Below are positions 24,678 through 35,314 of a stretch of DNA of 44,486 bases, piece by piece. Within the stretch, counting starts at the first letter, position 1. Each line of letters opens with the position of its first letter. The stretch spans positions 1 through 44,486 of the forward strand of contig BLSG01000337.1 in NCBI GenBank assembly GCA_012862495.1. The letters run 5' to 3'. The translations under genes and the position numbers were made by a program. The notes beneath the pieces are model-generated. The model saw only the letters and a program-made list of their open reading frames with translations. It made no database searches and was not told the origin of the DNA. The stretch comes from Thraustochytrium aureum (lineage: Eukaryota).

Positions 24678-24938
24678 CAAGGAACTATTAAACGAAGAAC
24701 AAAAGGAGCAACGCACCGCTCTTTGCGAAGGAACAAGGAACTATAAACGAAGAACAAAAGGAGCAACGCACCNNNNNNNNNNNNNNNNNNNNNNNNNNNN
24801 NNNNNNNNNNNNNNNNNNNNNNNNNNNNNNNNNNNNNNNNNNNNNNNNNNNCGCTCTTTGCGGAGGAACAACACAACGCACCGCGCCTTGCATTGGTAAG
24901 GAACAAGGAACTGTATAAAGAACAACGACGAACAGAAG
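24678..24938. repeat. About 55-56-bp A-rich tandem repeat (GAACAA-rich) in the head-to-head SVOP/ABCE1 intergenic region, interrupted by a gap
   Basis: CAAGGAACTAT(T)AAACGAAGAACAAAAGGAGCAACGCACC(GCTCTTTGCG) occurs twice before the gap, with degenerate parts after it. Confidence 0.8.
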
Positions 24939-25142
24939 TTGCTCGTCTTCTGAATGGTGGCCGTGAGGCAGGGCAGGCAAGCAGACAGGTTTTGCTGGGC
25001 GGGGGCGCGCGGAGGAGGAGCTGGCGAGCGCAGGAGGGCGAGCGAGCGGCAGTGCGTCGGACGAGATCGGAAAGGCCCGGGACTTGCTAGTTTTTGGCTC
25101 GCGGAGCGGCGCGCAGCAGCGAGGGCTGCGCGAGGCGGCGAC

Positions 25143-27017
25143 ATGGCGTCGAAGAAGGGCCCCGAGGAGAAGCTGACGCGCGTGGCGATCGTCAACCCGG
25201 AGAAGTGCAAGCCGAAGAAATGCGTGCAGGAGTGCAGAAAGTCGTGCCCGGTGGTGCGCATGGGCAAGCTTTGCATCGATGTCACGCCGGCCAGCAAGGT
25301 GGCCAACCTGTCTGAAGAGCTCTGCATCGGGTGCGGTATCTGCGTGAAAAAGTGCCCCTTCGGCGCGATCCAGATTATCAACCTGCCCAAGGACCTGGAG
25401 AAGGAGACCACGCACCGGTATGGGCCCAACAGCTTCAAGCTCCACAGGCTCCCGATGCCGCGCCCCGCGCAAGTGCTCGGCCTGGTCGGTGAGAACGGCG
25501 TGGGCAAATCCACCGCGCTCAAGATCCTCGCAGGCAAGCTCAAGCCCAACCTTGGCCGGTACGGCTCCCCGCCTGACTGGCAGGAGATCCTGGCTTACTT
25601 TCGCGGCAGCGAACTGCAAAACTACTTTACCAAGATCCTCGAGGACCAGGTCCGCGCAATCATGAAGCCGCAGTACGTAGACCACATCCCCCGCGCCGTG
25701 AAGGGCCAGGTGCACAAAATCCTCGGCTCCAAGGCCGACCGCGGGCCCGAGGTGATGGCCGAGATGGCCAAGGTGCTCGACCTCGAGCACGTGATGGACC
25801 GCCAGATCGAGGTGTTGAGCGGAGGCGAGTTGCAGCGCTTTGCGATCGCGATCGTGTGCGTGCAAAAGTCGAACGTGTACATCTTTGACGAGCCCAGCTC
25901 GTACCTGGACATCAGGCAGCGCCTCAAGGCGGCCGCCACGATTCGCACGCTCATCGACCTTGGGCCCAACACGTTCGTGATCTGCGTCGAGCACGACCTG
26001 TCGATCCTCGACTACCTGAGCGATTTCATCTGCTGTCTGTACGGCACCCCTGGTGCGTATGGCGTGGTCACGATGCCTTTCGCGGTGCGCGATGGAATCA
26101 ACATCTTCCTTTCGGGCTTTCTCCCCACGGAGAACCTTCGCTTCCGCGACGACGCCTTGAGCTTTCGCGTCGCGCAAGGTCTCGACGACAAGGAGCTCGT
26201 CAAGCCGCGCAGCGAGATGCGCTACAAGTACAGGAACATGTCCAAGACGCTCCTCAGCAAGACTGGCGAGCAGGTGTTCAAGCTCAACGTCATGCAGGGC
26301 GGCTTCAACGACTCGGAGATCATCGTCCTCCTCGGTGAGAACGGAACGGGCAAAACCACCCTTGTGCGCATGATCGCTGGCCTCCTCAAGCCCGACGGAG
26401 AGGACGAGGACACGAAGGACTCGGCTGTGCCCAAGCTCTCCATCTCGTACAAGCCGCAGAAGATCTCGCCCAAGCTCAACCTGCCCGTCCGCGCGATGCT
26501 CATGAAGAAGATCAAGGCCGCCATGGGCCACCCCTCGTTCCAGACCGAGGTGGTCAAGCCGATGCAGATCACCGAGCTCCTGGACCAGCCGCTGCAGCAG
26601 CTCAGTGGCGGGGAGCTCCAGCGAGTTGCGATCGTGCTCTGCCTCGGTACGCCAGCGCAGGTGTTCCTCATCGACGAGCCGTCGGCCTACCTGGACTCTG
26701 CGCAGCGCATCTCAACCTCCAAGGTGATCCGTCGCTTCGTGATCAACGCCAAGAAGACGGCGTTCATTGTCGAGCACGATTTCATCATGGCCACCTACCT
26801 CGCCGACCGCGTTGTCGTGTACGATGGCCAACCGGGCATCGAGTGTACTGCCAACACGGCAGAGACTCTGCTCACGGGAATGAACCGCTTCTTGCGCCAG
26901 CTCGACGTCACGTTCCGCCGCGACGAGGACTCGCACCGACCGCGCATCAACAAGCTCAACTCGCAGATGGACCAGCAGCAGAAGAAGTCGGGCAACTACT
27001 TTCACCTCGCCGAGTAG
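25143..27017 (+). CDS. ABCE1: ABCE1/RLI1 ribosome-recycling ATPase (624 aa)
   Basis: Fe-S domain CKPKKC..EC...CP and [13 protein letters not shown]; two NBDs ([16 protein letters not shown]); two LSGGELQR signatures; DEPS; C-terminal [13 protein letters not shown]. Confidence 0.98.
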   Translation: MASKKGPEEKLTRVAIVNPEKCKPKKCVQECRKSCPVVRMGKLCIDVTPASKVANLSEELCIGCGICVKKCPFGAIQIINLPKDLEKETTHRYGPNSFKLHRLPMPRPAQVLGLVGENGVGKSTALKILAGKLKPNLGRYGSPPDWQEILAYFRGSELQNYFTKILEDQVRAIMKPQYVDHIPRAVKGQVHKILGSKADRGPEVMAEMAKVLDLEHVMDRQIEVLSGGELQRFAIAIVCVQKSNVYIFDEPSSYLDIRQRLKAAATIRTLIDLGPNTFVICVEHDLSILDYLSDFICCLYGTPGAYGVVTMPFAVRDGINIFLSGFLPTENLRFRDDALSFRVAQGLDDKELVKPRSEMRYKYRNMSKTLLSKTGEQVFKLNVMQGGFNDSEIIVLLGENGTGKTTLVRMIAGLLKPDGEDEDTKDSAVPKLSISYKPQKISPKLNLPVRAMLMKKIKAAMGHPSFQTEVVKPMQITELLDQPLQQLSGGELQRVAIVLCLGTPAQVFLIDEPSAYLDSAQRISTSKVIRRFVINAKKTAFIVEHDFIMATYLADRVVVYDGQPGIECTANTAETLLTGMNRFLRQLDVTFRRDEDSHRPRINKLNSQMDQQQKKSGNYFHLAE

Positions 27018-27858
27018 GGCGCGCGCTGTTTGCCTCCACCTCTGAAGCACCTGCGACCGATCTAGCTCCGTCGGGCAGAGGAGCGCTGAAGCAAGCCACA
27101 GCAGGTACCGTAGAGGCGGCAGGCCCCGCGGCTCCCACGCGAAGTAACTCAGTTTCTCACGTCAGTAATTTTCCAGCCTTGCTTGTGTCGGCTGCCCTTG
27201 AGCGATGTATCGAAAGAGTGACGAAAACGGCCCTGGCTTTCATGCTTGTACCTAATTAGAAAACAACATCGAAACCTCTGCGCTTGCCCTGTCGTGAGCC
27301 TACTTACTAGTACCAAGGAGGCTTCGACCTCCTTGCGAGTACTCTAACAAACAAAATGGCAAACATGAAGCTTGGGTCTCGGCCCTGTGCTCGCTCAAGG
27401 CCTTCGCAACCTGCTGGTCACTGAAGCTCACCCCATCGCCTACACAGTGAAACATATCCGTTGGAAAATGTCCGTTTGTATGTTCTGAAGTCTGGCGCCC
27501 TCGAAGCCCGGCCGAACAAGCCCAAGCTGAGACAGCCTCTCTCTCTTCTAGCTAGCGAGAGTNNNNNNNNNNNNNNNNNNNNNNNNNNNNNNNNNNNNNN
27601 NNNNNNNNNNNNNNNNNNNNNNNNNNNNNNNNNNNNNNNNNNNNNNNNNNNNNNNNNNNNNNNNNNNNNNNNNNNNNNNNNNNNNNNNNNNNNNNNNNNN
27701 NNNNNNNNNNNNNNNNNNNNNNNNNNNNNNNNNNNNNNNNNNNNNNNNNNNNNNNNNNNNNNNNNNNNNNGGCTCCTGGCTGGCTCCTGGCAGTTCCTTA
27801 CAGCGTCCAAGGCTCGCGGAGCAACCAGCGCCGCAGGGCGCGGTTGGCGCGCGCGACG

Positions 27859-29706
27859 ATGGATGCGGCCAAGGTAGTGCCGATGCAGCCCTCGTTGGAC
27901 GGCGAGGGGGCTGGTAGCAGCGTGATCCAGAAGCCGATCAGCGAGATTGACAAGGAGGCGCGGCTTGGCTCTGAATCCATTTCACTACAATCAGCCGAGT
28001 CGGTCGCCTCGGTCTCGTCGAACTGCGAAGAGTCCGATGACGAGAGCTTGGCACCACTCCCTCCATCGACGACAGCATCGCGATCAGACAAGTGGAAGGC
28101 GCAAAGCAAGACTCCGCAACAGCAGCAGCCGACAGCGTACGAGGACTTTGTTCACGACCTGAGGCAAACGGCTATCCTCGCTCCCGCATTCGCGTTCGCC
28201 ATGGTCTCTGTTTCGCTAAACCTGGTTGCTCTGCATCTGCTTGCTGAGGTGGGGCGCAAGGCGCTTTTTGCTTTGGAGTTTTTATTTGCGATGGCTGCGT
28301 TCGCCTTATCCATCTCCACCATGTATGCGATCTACAGGATAAGCAGGCGCAGGATCGTTTTGGGGCTATCCTTAAAGATGGTCGGCATCTCAGTGGTATT
28401 CATTCCCTGCGCAGTGCCATGGATCAGAGGGGAGCTGGAGCTTTCAGCCCCTAGTGTCATCATGATCTGCACCGGCGCATTTGCACTCGGCTGCACCATG
28501 TCAATCGCATTTGTGATTCAAGGGCAAGGCAGTGCCACCACCAAAAGCACAAACGCGGTTGGACTATTGCTCGGAACTATTTCAGGCGCATCGCTGGGCA
28601 TCGTTCTGAGCTACAGCTATGTGTCATCGATACACTCGTCCTTGCTGGCCGAGTTTATCGCCTCTGGTGTGGTCTACCCTATTGGCGCTGTCGCTCTAGG
28701 TCGTGTACTCGTTGCTGACCTGTTTGTCGAACTGTTCGACAAGTTCCTGCCAAGTGGCGACCTCCTTCGTACTCAGCGCTATTACAGCGTTTTCGTCCGA
28801 ATGACCTTTCACTTTCATGGCCAGTACTCAATCCTCAACATCGGGAGTTCGGGCGTGTTTGCTCTTTCCGTTGCGCTTTCTGTTATCGCAGAAGTGGGCG
28901 GTCTGTATGCGATTCTGTCCCTCATCAAACGCGTGAAAGGCAATTTCGCAGCGCGGCTCACTCGCCGCGACAAGGTCTCCTCAATTGCCACTCTGGGATC
29001 CGCCGCTGTCTCGCCAAAAGAGGAAGTGCGACGCTTGCCTGCAAAGGAGCAGAGCATTCGCCAGATGAAGACCGTCCTTCGTAAATGGCTGGCGGTGCAA
29101 GGCAACCAAGACATCGCAAAGCTCGAGACGCACTACCATTCCGAGGAGGTCGCAGAGAAGGTTGTCGTCATTGCAGCCGCCAGTAAGTTGCGCTTGTTGC
29201 TTCGCCTTGAACGCCTCGCGCTGCGCGGCGTGCTGACGCGCTCCATAGCCTGCAGCGTCATGGCGGAGCTCCTGCGCAGCGAGGCACGGGACAAGGTCTT
29301 TCTCAAAGTTGTGCGCGGTTTCGTCCTTGTAAGTCTAGCAGCTGCGTGAAGGAGCGCCGGGCCGCTGCGTGACGGAGCGCCGGGCCGCTGCGTGAAGGAG
29401 CGCCGGGCCGCTGCGTGAAGGAGCGCCGGGCCGGCGCGGAATTCCTGCTCGGCGGAACACATTCAAGTGCTAACGAATGCTGTGCGAGAACGCCAGATCC
29501 TGGCGGAGCTTGTGGAGGACTTCTCCAAGAAGCGCGTCCTCTTTGCAAAGGTCGGCATCGCGCTCTCCAGGTTGCCCCCTTACAAACCTTCGTTTCTGGA
29601 GATGGCAGTCTTTGCTCTCAATTTGGTGGTCGCGCTCAACGTCGCTTTCATGGGGGCCAGTCTGGCAGAAGTAGTCCACGGGTTGGGACTCCTTCCAGGC
29701 GTCTAG
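27859..29706 (+). CDS. Multi-pass membrane protein of unknown function; exons 27859-29182, 29249-29328, 29497-29706
   Basis: Many hydrophobic segments. Two GTAAGT..branch (GCTGAC/GCTAAC)..AG introns; splicing gives a continuous frame ...VIAAATCSVM...RGFVL|ILAELVEDFSKK... Confidence 0.7.
29183..29248 (+). other. Spliceosomal intron (66 nt, in-frame, stop-free)
   Basis: GTAAGT donor, GCTGAC branch, ATAG acceptor. Confidence 0.7.
29329..29496 (+). other. Spliceosomal intron (168 nt) containing a 23-bp tandem repeat
   Basis: GTAAGT donor, GCTAAC branch, CCAG acceptor; removal restores the frame. Confidence 0.8.
29341..29432. repeat. 23-bp minisatellite x4
   Basis: GCTGCGTGA(A/C)GGAGCGCCGGGCC at 29341, 29364, 29387 and 29410. 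Confidence 0.95.
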
Positions 29707-30045
29707 CTAGCTAGCGCAAAGCAGCAATTGTAAAATGTAAAGGAGTAGCAGCCCTACCGCGGGCGTTCAACGCATCTCAAATCTTTCGAGGCCGCCATGC
29801 CCGGGCTCGCTTGGCGTTCACGGACACGGGCGCGAATGCCGTGACGAATTCAGTCTGTCCAGCCAGCACATGTGCGTGTCGCACGTACCTACCCTACACG
29901 AGTACTCGTCCATCAGTCACTCTGCTCGAATATCATCTTCAAGTCGAATTACCAGAACGAGCAACCGAGCCCGAGGCTGACATGAGTCGTTTCCGCTCGC
30001 GGAGCCCTGGCGCGGCGCTTCGACCACAGGTCGGCAGCGCGCTCT

Positions 30046-30193
30046 CCGCATCCTCCACATCCGCATCGAGCTCCGCATCCGCATCCTCCGCATCGCAGCA
30101 TCCTCCGCATCGACCATCATCGAGCATCATCGACCATCATCGAGCACCATCGAGCACCATCGAGCACCATCGAGCATCATCGAGCATCATCAT
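30046..30193. repeat. CCGCAT-type and 10-bp CATCGAGCA(C/T) tandem repeats upstream of CPSF1
   Basis: Directly visible, about 8 decamer units. Confidence 0.85.
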
Positions 30194-30469
30194 GGTGGAA
30201 CGGCATTCGCGACGAACAAGCGAAGGGCAGATCTTGCGTGGATCGTGGGCCGTGGAGGCTGCGGCGGCGCCTGCAGTTGCGGTATCCCTCCTGACCCGGC
30301 CGCGCAGCGAGCAAGCGCCCGCCATCCGCGGCGAGTCTGCCAGCGCCCAGCTGCGCCGCGTGCAGTCCCGCGCGCTCGGCGCAGTGGCCGGCAGCTCGGT
30401 TCGCTTGGTGGTGCAGGAGCCGCGTGATCCGGCAGCTTGCGGCCGGCGCGAGGAGGCTGCGAGCGAGCG

Positions 30470-33400
30470 ATGTTTAGCACGATTAGGGAGATCACCCCGC
30501 CCGGGGTGGTGGAGCACTGCGCCGAGGCCTGCTTTACGAAACCTGGCAAGGAGCAACTGGTCGTCGGTCGGTGTCGCACGCTCGAGGTCTATGACACAGT
30601 CCAGCGCGGGGGCGGCGCCGCGCTGCGCCTGGTGGCCTCTTACGCCCTGCACGACGTGATTGAGTCCATCTGCGCTATCCGCCCGAGCGAGCTGCGCAGC
30701 GAGGTTGGCGAGCTCTACGGCAACGGGCCAGAGTCTGAGAGCGGGAGCGACAGCGGCTCCGCCGAAAATGCAAAGGAGCGAGACCTGATCATGCTAACTT
30801 TTGGCTTGGGGCGCGCGAGCTTGGTTGCGTTCGACCCGCAGCTCGGGCCGAACGTACTGAGGACCCTGGCGCTCTACAACTTTGAAACTGATGCGCTTGG
30901 ATCCAACTTGCGCGCCGAGTCGTCCGGCCTGCACGCAGTGTACGGGTACGGGTCGCGGGCCGTTTGCGTTCTGGACCCGCTCGCGCGATGCGGCGCGATG
31001 CTCGTGAACGGGTACCAAGTAGGTGTTATGCCGCTGGACCGGCTCCGGGCCATTCTGGACAAGGCACTGGGTCACACGCCAGCAGACCCCTACGGTGTGG
31101 CAGCTGGCGGCGACCTGGACGCCGAGTCGGAGCAGAACGAGCAGATGGTCGCAGACGCAGAGGAACGAAAGCTCAAACTCGCAAAGGCGGTACGTCGCGT
31201 CGCGATGCAAACGGAGGGCGTCTGGGAGATGCCTGCCGGCAGCTATTTGGTGGACCTCAGCAAGCTCGGCATCCCCGTCGGCAGCGTGCACCACATGGAG
31301 TTTCTCGAGGAGCAGCACGGTCTGCCCGTGCTTGCTGTGCTGCACGACGGATGGATTCGCTCTGGCACAGGCCGCCTCGTCGTCTCTCGCTGGACCACGC
31401 ATCTGACCGCCTTTACAATCAGCAAGCAAGATGTGACAGTCGTTTGGAAGGTGCGCAAGCTCCCCCACGACGCCTTTGCGGTGGTCCCCATGAAGAACGG
31501 CGACGCGATTGTGCTGTCCCAGAACGCAATCCACCACGTAGTCGGCGGCTTTGTGCGCCGCTCGCTCGAGGTGAACGGCTTTGCCAGGCTCACGGCAGAC
31601 ATCGACCCAGTCACAGACTCCAAGTCCCCCGTGGAAATGACGCTGGACGGTGCGCGCTGGACCTGGCTCGACTCGCACCGCCTCCTCTTGTCGCTGCGCT
31701 TTGGCCAGCTGGCCATGGTCGACGTGAGCCCGACCGCGATGCGAATCTCGCTGCAGGGGCTTTCGGTTCAGGCAACCGCGATGGTTGTGCTGGCCAACGA
31801 GTTTCTTTTTCTAGGCTCGCGCTTGGCAGACTCTACACTGATGAGCTTCAAGCTCTTCTTGGACGACTCAATCGGGACGAAGGACGACCTCGGAGCTCGA
31901 CACCGACACGGCACAGCGCTTGACGAGGAGGAGCGAATGTTGTACGGGGAGGACGAGCCCACATCGGACGCCGCCCGGGCGGGAACCGCCGCGTCCACCT
32001 CGAATTTGCCGGGTGGCGCGATCGCAGGCAAAGAACTGCAGCGCTCGTCGAGCAACGCTGGGCGCCTCGCACCTGGGGCTGTCCCTCCGCTTGGCGCTCC
32101 CCGCGTCAAGCCGTGGGTGCGCTGCAAGTCTCTCGTCCTCCACGCCGTGGATGCTTTGCCGTGCACAGGTCCAATCGGCGGGCTCTGCACGGGCGACAAT
32201 CCGGCCGACGTAATGGAGCTGAAGCGCGCTCAGGAGCAGGCCAAGGCGCTCCAAAAACAGGGCCAGCACAGCGCAGCTGCGCGCCTCCTGGTCAGGGCTC
32301 GGGATTCCGAAAAGGCGCGCCGCAAGCCAAAGGATATTGTTGTCGGCGCTGGCCGTGGCCGCGACGGGGGCGTGCGCGTTTTCTGTCCCGGGCTGCGACT
32401 CGACACTGCGAACGACCTCCTCTTTGACCAGGAGCTTTCCGGAGCGGCCCAGTCGCTCTGGGCTCTCGCGCCAGACGCGACGAAAGCAGAGACTTTTGTG
32501 TTCAGCACGGTCTGGGGCTCGGGGCGCTTCCAGATCCACCGCATTCTCGGCGATGGGCGCACCGCCATCGTGGAGGCGCTCGACAAGCCGAACCGGGCGT
32601 CTGTCCAGGATCCCAGCAGCCCAACGGTGGCCATGCATGCAACCGGGACCCATGTCGTGCAGCTTTGCCTCGACCAAGTCCGCGTCTTGCAGAGGAGGCC
32701 CCCGTTCGAGCTGGTCACGCAGCACGATCTTTCGATGCGAAGCGCTTTCATGTGCGGTCAGTATGGGTGCGCCATTCTCCGGTCCCGCCAGCCCTGCATT
32801 TTTCGCGTTTCGCCTGAGGACGGGGCGTTTGAAAACCTATCCGAGATGGCTCAGATTGGCCCAGAAAGTGCGCCAGTCGCGTCAGCCTGCATGTTTCGCT
32901 TGCCTACCGAGGCTGTAATGTGCGCCATTGTACGGGGCGGCCTGGCCGAGGTCGGCGCCGGGGCGTTGGAGGTGTACGACCTGAGGAACCGCGAGCTGGT
33001 TTTCCGCTCTGACAAGGTCCTTGCCCTGGGGCACACCGTTCTCTGTCACCGCGACCCAGACCTCGCGCTTGAGCCGCACAAGGGTGTGCTTGCAAAACTG
33101 AAGGTGGTCTCGCTCTGCGTCGGGCCCGTCGGGCGAACGGAGGAATCGCCCCACTGCTCTGCTCATCTCGTTGACCCAGAGCTGTGCGTCGGCATCGCTC
33201 TGGCGAACGGCGACCTGCTCGTGTACCGAGTTGAAGGGAACTGGGATGCGCTCTACAAGGTTGACTCGGACGTGGTAACACGCATCGATCGGAACATACT
33301 CAACCGTGCGCGTGGCCACCAAGCCTCGGCCGCCGCCGAGGAGGCCGCGCTCCAGCAACAGCTGCAGCAGGAGGCGGAGGCGTCCGCAGCACAAGCGCGA

Positions 33401-35194
33401 GCGCAGAGCGAGGCGGCTGACGATCCAGACAAGCAGCGCGACAGTCGCGACGGCAGGGACCGAGAGCGCGACGACGACCGTGGGGGCCGTGGCCGGGATC
33501 GGGACCGCGACCGCGACCGCGACCGGGACCGGGACCGGGACGACGACCGCGATCACGACCGGAGGCGCGACAGCAGGGATGACGATGGGCGTCGCGGCGA
33601 CAACAGAGGCCGTGGCCGTGATCGGCAAGATGACCGCGACGAACGCGGCCGCGACAGGGGCCGCGATAGAGGCGGGCGGGACCGCGACCGCGACCGAGAC
33701 CGCAACCGCGACCACNNNNNNNNNNNNNNNNNNNNNNNNNNNNNNNNNNNNNNNNNNNNNNNNNNNNNNNNNNNNNNNNNNNNNNNNNNNNNNNNNNNNN
33801 NNNNNNNNNNNNNNNNNNNNNNNNNNNNNNNNNNNNNNNNNNNNNNNNNNNNNNNNNNNNNNNNNNNNNNNNNNNNNNNNNNNNNNNNNNNNNNNNNNNN
33901 NNNNNNNNNNNNNNNNNNNNNNNNNNNNNNNNNNNNNNNNNNNNNNNNNNNNNNNNNNNNNNNNNNNNNNNNNNNNNNNNNNNNNNNNNNNNNNNNNNNN
34001 NNNNNNNNNNNNNNNNNNNNNNNNNNNNNNNNNNNNNNNNNNNNNNNNNNNNNNNNNNNNNNNNNNNNNNNNNNNNNNNNNNNNNNNNNNNNNNNNNNNN
34101 NNNNNNNNNNNNNNNNNNNNNNNNNNNNNNNNNNNNNNNNNNNNNNNNNNNNNNNNNNNNNNNNNNNNNNNNNNNNNNNNNNNNNNNNNNNNNNNNNNNN
34201 NNNNNNNNNNNNNNNNNNNNNNNNNNNNNNNNNNNNNNNNNNNNNNNNNNNNNNNNNNNNNNNGGGCCCTGACGGCGAGGACTCGGGCTGCAAGGGACGC
34301 GTCCTCATCTTTCGCCCAGAAATCGTCCCGGGCGAGGAGGGCAAGCCCGCGCAAAAGAAGATCGTTCCGAGGCTCAAGATCGAGTCGCGGCACATTCGCG
34401 GCCCCGTCACCGCGATCGCGAGCATGGACGGCATGCTCTTGGCCACGTTTGGCACGGCTCCGTCGTCGCTGCGCATCTTCTACTATGACCCAAGCTCGGA
34501 CGCCTTTGTTGCGCGCTCGTTTATCGACACGCCCTTCTCCTCTGTGAACATCAAGGTCATCAAAAACTACATTCTCGTCGGGGATCTGTACAGGTCGGTG
34601 CAGTTTCTTCATTGGCACAACGCGCGGCGCGAGTTTCGCGTGCTCGCGAAGGACCCGCACCCGCTGCAGGTCTACGCGTGCGACTTTGTGCAGTTCGAGC
34701 GCGCGCTCGGGATTGTGGCTACTGACAGCGACTGCAACCTGCACCTCCTGCACTTTGACTACGCCAAGAACCTTCTGGTCAACCGCGGCGAGATCAACCT
34801 CGGCGCCCAGGTGAACCACATTGAGCAGCTCGCGTTTGATGCGGACAAGACGCTCGCGCTCTACGGCACGCTGGACGGCGCGGTCGGCGCACTCGTTCCG
34901 ATGCACGAGCAGGTGTATCGGCGCCTCTTTGCGCTGCAGGCGGCAATGTCCTCGTCGCCGCTCGTCGTGCGCAACGCGGGGCTCAACCCGCGCGCCTTCC
35001 GCACGGCGCAGTACCACTTTGTGCTTCAGCGGCAGCGGCAGCGCAATATTGCGGACGGCGCCTTGCTGTGGTCCTTTCTCGGCCTGGACTGCATTGCGCA
35101 GCGCGAACTGGCCCGCCTCATCGGGACAACGCCGGAGACGATTCACCAAGACCTCTTGGAGCTGGACCGCGCGCTCTTCCGCGAAGCGCTGTAA
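30470..35194 (+). CDS. CPSF1: Cleavage and polyadenylation specificity factor subunit 1 (CPSF160); gap 33716-34263
   Basis: N-terminal TPPGVVEH..CFT, DPLARCGAM, FLFLGSRLADS, GPI, GRGRDG; CPSF_A domain GEDSGCKGRVLIF, RGPVTAI, NYILVGDLYRS, GTLDGAVG, AGLNPRAFR, IGTTPETIHQDL. Confidence 0.9.
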   Translation: MFSTIREITPPGVVEHCAEACFTKPGKEQLVVGRCRTLEVYDTVQRGGGAALRLVASYALHDVIESICAIRPSELRSEVGELYGNGPESESGSDSGSAENAKERDLIMLTFGLGRASLVAFDPQLGPNVLRTLALYNFETDALGSNLRAESSGLHAVYGYGSRAVCVLDPLARCGAMLVNGYQVGVMPLDRLRAILDKALGHTPADPYGVAAGGDLDAESEQNEQMVADAEERKLKLAKAVRRVAMQTEGVWEMPAGSYLVDLSKLGIPVGSVHHMEFLEEQHGLPVLAVLHDGWIRSGTGRLVVSRWTTHLTAFTISKQDVTVVWKVRKLPHDAFAVVPMKNGDAIVLSQNAIHHVVGGFVRRSLEVNGFARLTADIDPVTDSKSPVEMTLDGARWTWLDSHRLLLSLRFGQLAMVDVSPTAMRISLQGLSVQATAMVVLANEFLFLGSRLADSTLMSFKLFLDDSIGTKDDLGARHRHGTALDEEERMLYGEDEPTSDAARAGTAASTSNLPGGAIAGKELQRSSSNAGRLAPGAVPPLGAPRVKPWVRCKSLVLHAVDALPCTGPIGGLCTGDNPADVMELKRAQEQAKALQKQGQHSAAARLLVRARDSEKARRKPKDIVVGAGRGRDGGVRVFCPGLRLDTANDLLFDQELSGAAQSLWALAPDATKAETFVFSTVWGSGRFQIHRILGDGRTAIVEALDKPNRASVQDPSSPTVAMHATGTHVVQLCLDQVRVLQRRPPFELVTQHDLSMRSAFMCGQYGCAILRSRQPCIFRVSPEDGAFENLSEMAQIGPESAPVASACMFRLPTEAVMCAIVRGGLAEVGAGALEVYDLRNRELVFRSDKVLALGHTVLCHRDPDLALEPHKGVLAKLKVVSLCVGPVGRTEESPHCSAHLVDPELCVGIALANGDLLVYRVEGNWDALYKVDSDVVTRIDRNILNRARGHQASAAAEEAALQQQLQQEAEASAAQARAQSEAADDPDKQRDSRDGRDRERDDDRGGRGRDRDRDRDRDRDRDRDDDRDHDRRRDSRDDDGRRGDNRGRGRDRQDDRDERGRDRGRDRGGRDRDRDRDRNRDHXXXXXXXXXXXXXXXXXXXXXXXXXXXXXXXXXXXXXXXXXXXXXXXXXXXXXXXXXXXXXXXXXXXXXXXXXXXXXXXXXXXXXXXXXXXXXXXXXXXXXXXXXXXXXXXXXXXXXXXXXXXXXXXXXXXXXXXXXXXXXXXXXXXXXXXXXXXXXXXXXXXXXXXXXXXXXXXXXXXXXXXGPDGEDSGCKGRVLIFRPEIVPGEEGKPAQKKIVPRLKIESRHIRGPVTAIASMDGMLLATFGTAPSSLRIFYYDPSSDAFVARSFIDTPFSSVNIKVIKNYILVGDLYRSVQFLHWHNARREFRVLAKDPHPLQVYACDFVQFERALGIVATDSDCNLHLLHFDYAKNLLVNRGEINLGAQVNHIEQLAFDADKTLALYGTLDGAVGALVPMHEQVYRRLFALQAAMSSSPLVVRNAGLNPRAFRTAQYHFVLQRQRQRNIADGALLWSFLGLDCIAQRELARLIGTTPETIHQDLLELDRALFREAL

Positions 35195-35314
35195 GCGCCC
35201 GAGCTGAGCTGTGAACGGTAGGGATAATACGGGGGTGGGCAGGCCTTCAACAAACAACAACACCTAACTAATCAATCAACACACGCTTCAGCAGGAGGAT
35301 CTTCGCACGACGAC

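Noticed and set aside
24302..26671. Long antisense ORFs over ABCE1 (similar ones over CPSF1, actins and WD40)
   Set aside because: These are shadow ORFs expected from high GC3 codon bias, with no recognisable motifs.
29341..29432. 23-bp repeat as a CRISPR array or coding repeat
   Set aside because: It has no spacers and lies inside a canonical GT-AG intron.
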